A model generated the notes under the pieces. It searched no databases, was not told the DNA's origin, and was given only the letters and a program-made list of their open reading frames with translations. A program made the translations under genes and the position numbers. Below, one piece after another: positions 61,093-64,000 of a stretch of DNA of 64,000 bases (within the stretch, counting starts at the first letter, position 1; each line of letters starts with the position of its first letter). The stretch covers positions 3,328,001-3,392,000 of the forward strand of contig OZ271918.1 of NCBI GenBank assembly GCA_965602015.1, read 5' to 3'. The stretch is from Salinispira sp. Lineage in GTDB: Bacteria; Spirochaetota; Spirochaetia; DSM-27196; Salinispiraceae.

Positions 61093-61134
61093 TTAGACCT
61101 CCCTGGGTAATTTTTTACATAATCTGGAGTACAC

Positions 61135-61800
61135 ATGAAAGAAAATTCTATTTTGCGAAAGCAGTTTCCCTTCGCCTACTACAATATAACACTATATATA
61201 ATTATCGCGAATCTTCTCGTATTTCTTATCGTTAATGTAATAAATGGGCCGGTCATTCGTCTGCGGGACGGTAACCTCGGGCTTACCTCTGCGTTAAGCA
61301 TGGTTCCCCTTCTGGTGAACCGGGGGTTTGTATGGCAGTTTTTTACCTATATGTTTGTGCATGCGGGTACGAATCACCTTATTTTTAACATGCTGGGACT
61401 CTTTATCTTCGGTTCCCAGGTGGAACGGGAGATGGGCAGCTGGGAGTTTCTCATGTTCTATCTGATTACCGGAGCCCTTGCTGGCGTTCTATCCTATGCA
61501 ATCTACCTTGCAGGCGGAGCCCTGGCGGTTCATCTACTCGGAGCCAGCGGGGCCTTATACGCAGTTATGCTCGCCTTTGCAACCTATTTTCCCAATGCCA
61601 GAATTTTTGTCATGGGAATACTTCCGGTGCGCTCGGTAACCCTCATTCTGGTGTACGCCGGCATTGCGGTGTTTTCCCAGTTTACCGGATCCCAGTCGGG
61701 AGTCGCCCATATGACACATCTTGGGGGATTCATTTTTGCCTTCCTGTATTACCTGATCCGCTTTAATCACAACCCGGTCAACAGTTGGCGGAATCGATAA
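61135..61800 (+). CDS. Rhomboid intramembrane serine protease
   Basis: WQFFTYMFVH, HLIFNM, GASG, AHMTHLGG. Confidence 0.94.
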   Translation: MKENSILRKQFPFAYYNITLYIIIANLLVFLIVNVINGPVIRLRDGNLGLTSALSMVPLLVNRGFVWQFFTYMFVHAGTNHLIFNMLGLFIFGSQVEREMGSWEFLMFYLITGALAGVLSYAIYLAGGALAVHLLGASGALYAVMLAFATYFPNARIFVMGILPVRSVTLILVYAGIAVFSQFTGSQSGVAHMTHLGGFIFAFLYYLIRFNHNPVNSWRNR

Positions 61801-61804
61801 CCAG

Positions 61805-62461
61805 ATGAAAATATTAGAGTTCCCCGGGGCGGCCTCGGGCAACCGGGGTCACCGCTCGGTAACTCTCATCCTTACTTCGATGCTCATTCTGGAACTCACC
61901 CCTGTCATGGGACGGCTCATGGCTTCCCTCGGCAGCTTGTCCGGCGGAAGCGGCAGCCTTTCCGTCCTGCTGGTAAACGTCGCCCTGGCCGGGGGCAACG
62001 TTTTAATGTTCATCGCCCTTCTCGGTTTCCGCCGCTGCCTCTATGGTGCGGCGGCGAAAAAAGGCGGGCTATTGCTGTTGATCTCCACGGTTCCGGCGCT
62101 GATATCCGCCATCATCGGCCTCATAGGCTCGGGAGTTCCCGTCGGCACTCAGGCAGGGCAAGCGGGATTTCCGGGCTGGACCACCCTGGTGGCTGCACTG
62201 TTTGCCCTCGTCACCCCGCTGCTGGCCGCCGCAGCGTACATTTACCTGAACCGCGCCGAGCAGTTCAGCGACCGCGGTCAGCTGGGAACCGGGCTGCTCG
62301 TTATCGCGTCGGTGCTCAATGCGCTGATGCCCTTGGCAGTCATTTTTCCCCTTCTGCTGGGCACTCTTTTTTCCGGAGCTGATTTTATCGCCCTGCTCCT
62401 CGGTATCTTCGGATGGACCCAAATTCGAAAAGATTTCCCCCCCCTGCGATACGATTCCTGA
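61805..62461 (+). CDS. Hypothetical multi-pass membrane protein
   Basis: About six hydrophobic segments; follows the rhomboid gene by 4 nt. Confidence 0.65.
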   Translation: MKILEFPGAASGNRGHRSVTLILTSMLILELTPVMGRLMASLGSLSGGSGSLSVLLVNVALAGGNVLMFIALLGFRRCLYGAAAKKGGLLLLISTVPALISAIIGLIGSGVPVGTQAGQAGFPGWTTLVAALFALVTPLLAAAAYIYLNRAEQFSDRGQLGTGLLVIASVLNALMPLAVIFPLLLGTLFSGADFIALLLGIFGWTQIRKDFPPLRYDS

Positions 62462-62596
62462 CTATCTCTTCCTGATTTTGATTTCTGGTTTTTGATTTCT
62501 GATTCCCGCAGTTAGTTGTTTCCTGATTGCCGGGGGGAGCGGCGTTCATAAAAAGCGGCGCTAAGCACCGGGAAGGTCATTGCCGACAATATACCC

Positions 62597-63301
62597 ATGA
62601 TCGGCCTCCGCAGGATGTTTCTTCTCATACTCGTGCTTTCCTCCAGCCTCGGGCTCCAGGCGCAAGAATCTCTTTACCGGGATTTCTCCCAGGTTAAGGG
62701 GGTCTTTTGGATAAACCGGAGCCACATTAATGCATATTCCATCGCCCTGCCGGATCAGAACCTGGAATACCGCGCCGACGAAGAGTATGTGACCGACCTG
62801 CTGGAGCTGGCGCGCCAGTGGTTTTCCGGCATGATATACGGCTATGACTTCGTATACCGTCCCTCGGATGTCGCACGGAATGTCGAGGAGTTTTTTTCAT
62901 TGACGCCGATCTTTCAAATTCCCTGGGGGGATCCATCCCTCGAATACACGGGCTATTACGAGGAAAACGAAAAAATTGAAATGGGCTTTCGGTATTTCAC
63001 CCGGAATTACGAACAGGCGAGATTGCGCGGATGGAGCAGCGTTCGCCTGGTGAATATCCAGGGGGACGCATCGACCCGGGACCGGACCGACATAAGAAGC
63101 CGTGAAGAATCGTTCGATGAGGCGGTAAAACAGGCCCTTCGAAATTATTTTCGTCAGGTGGTTCCCAATAAACCGAAGAGTATCAGCGGCAGCCTGGCGC
63201 TCACAGAAATGCCCCGAAGCTTTGCCGACGGGGGAATGGTACATAGTAGCGTGCGGATAGTTATCGATGTGGACGAGGTTGAAGCCTGGGAGAATTTCTA
63301 A
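62597..63301 (+). CDS. Hypothetical exported protein
   Basis: Signal peptide (LQAQE); protein-like composition. Confidence 0.7.
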   Translation: MIGLRRMFLLILVLSSSLGLQAQESLYRDFSQVKGVFWINRSHINAYSIALPDQNLEYRADEEYVTDLLELARQWFSGMIYGYDFVYRPSDVARNVEEFFSLTPIFQIPWGDPSLEYTGYYEENEKIEMGFRYFTRNYEQARLRGWSSVRLVNIQGDASTRDRTDIRSREESFDEAVKQALRNYFRQVVPNKPKSISGSLALTEMPRSFADGGMVHSSVRIVIDVDEVEAWENF

Positions 63302-63855
63302 ACCGATCCGATTGCGATTAATCCGGCTCGAATCGCCGCGTAATACAAAATGAACCTCGGAATCCTGCTCAACGAAGCCATCAGGTATTCCCGGCTGCCC
63401 ATGCCGGCCATTGCGGCGATCCAGCTCACTGTCGAGTACGGAACCGGCGTAAGTCCGGCTATAACCACTGCCCACACGCCGAAGCGGCGGATCAGTTCCT
63501 CCCCCCGATGACGGTAGTAGGCCACCGCGTCCTGCACAGCCTTTATGTGGGCCAGGCGACGGGCGATGAGGAACCCGCAAAACCCGCCGATGATCGAAGC
63601 GGCGCTGACTACCGACAGCAGCAGTATCGGCTCCCATCCTATGGTCAGGGGGAACACCAGGTCTGCTGTGGCAGGTATGATGAAGCAGTCGATAAGCAAC
63701 ACAAAGGCGAACACCCCTGCCAGCCCCAGATTCTCGACGGTCCATTGCCCCAGGCTTTCCAGTTCAGAGCGAAAAAACAGGAACAGCAAGCCATAGAGCA
63801 GTCCTATCGCGAAAAAAAACCCAAGGGTTTCAAGAATGATTCGCCGAAGCCTCAT
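63298..63855 (-). CDS. YqaA/VTT (DedA superfamily) membrane protein
   Basis: ASIIGGFCGF, RFGVWAVVIAGLTPVPY, SRIPRF. Confidence 0.88.
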   Translation of the reverse strand: MRLRRIILETLGFFFAIGLLYGLLFLFFRSELESLGQWTVENLGLAGVFAFVLLIDCFIIPATADLVFPLTIGWEPILLLSVVSAASIIGGFCGFLIARRLAHIKAVQDAVAYYRHRGEELIRRFGVWAVVIAGLTPVPYSTVSWIAAMAGMGSREYLMASLSRIPRFILYYAAIRAGLIAIGSV

Positions 63856-64000
63856 GGTTGTTTCATAATCATCCGGACCTATCTACCCGAGGTTTCCCGG
63901 GGAAACAGGGCGTCCATTTTTTTTATGTCATTCTGAGACAATTCGATTCCCGAGGCTTTAACATTGGCTTCCAGTTGATGGACGCTAGAAGCTCCGGTAA

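Noticed and set aside
62470..62506. Degenerate TGATTT(C) heptamer repeats
   Set aside because: Short low-complexity intergenic tract with no supporting context.

Overview
Origin-of-replication region of a free-living spirochaete-like chromosome. The lineage is inferred from gene order and the tRNA-Arg(GCG). The core runs dciA-recF-dnaN-[oriC with DnaA boxes and DnaA-trios]-dnaA, divergent gyrB-gyrA, two perfect parS sites, parAB, a tRNA/SRP-RNA cluster, dnaX-ybaB-recR, a gatC-gatA-gatB-aspS2 transamidation operon, SPFH/NfeD, ROK-ppx-ppk1, thyX and a flavinylation-linked NDH-2 locus. An ~11 kb accessory island (~10.6-21.9 kb) lies between add and trhO. It holds three orphan Rhs toxin-tip/immunity modules, two near-identical GxxExxY nuclease genes, three toxin-antitoxin pairs and an IS256. 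It also has one canonical integron attC site and two variant attC-like hairpins (AAG/CTT instead of AAC/GTT) that punctuate a repeating Rhs-GxxExxY unit. The best candidates for undescribed biology are (1) this Rhs/GxxExxY/attC-like cassette array, (2) a GatB fused to an asparaginase/GatD-like domain lacking its first catalytic Thr, and (3) a Listeria-type extracellular electron transfer locus whose NDH-2 carries its own repeated flavinylation-like motifs. All calls come from reading motifs by eye; no searches were run.
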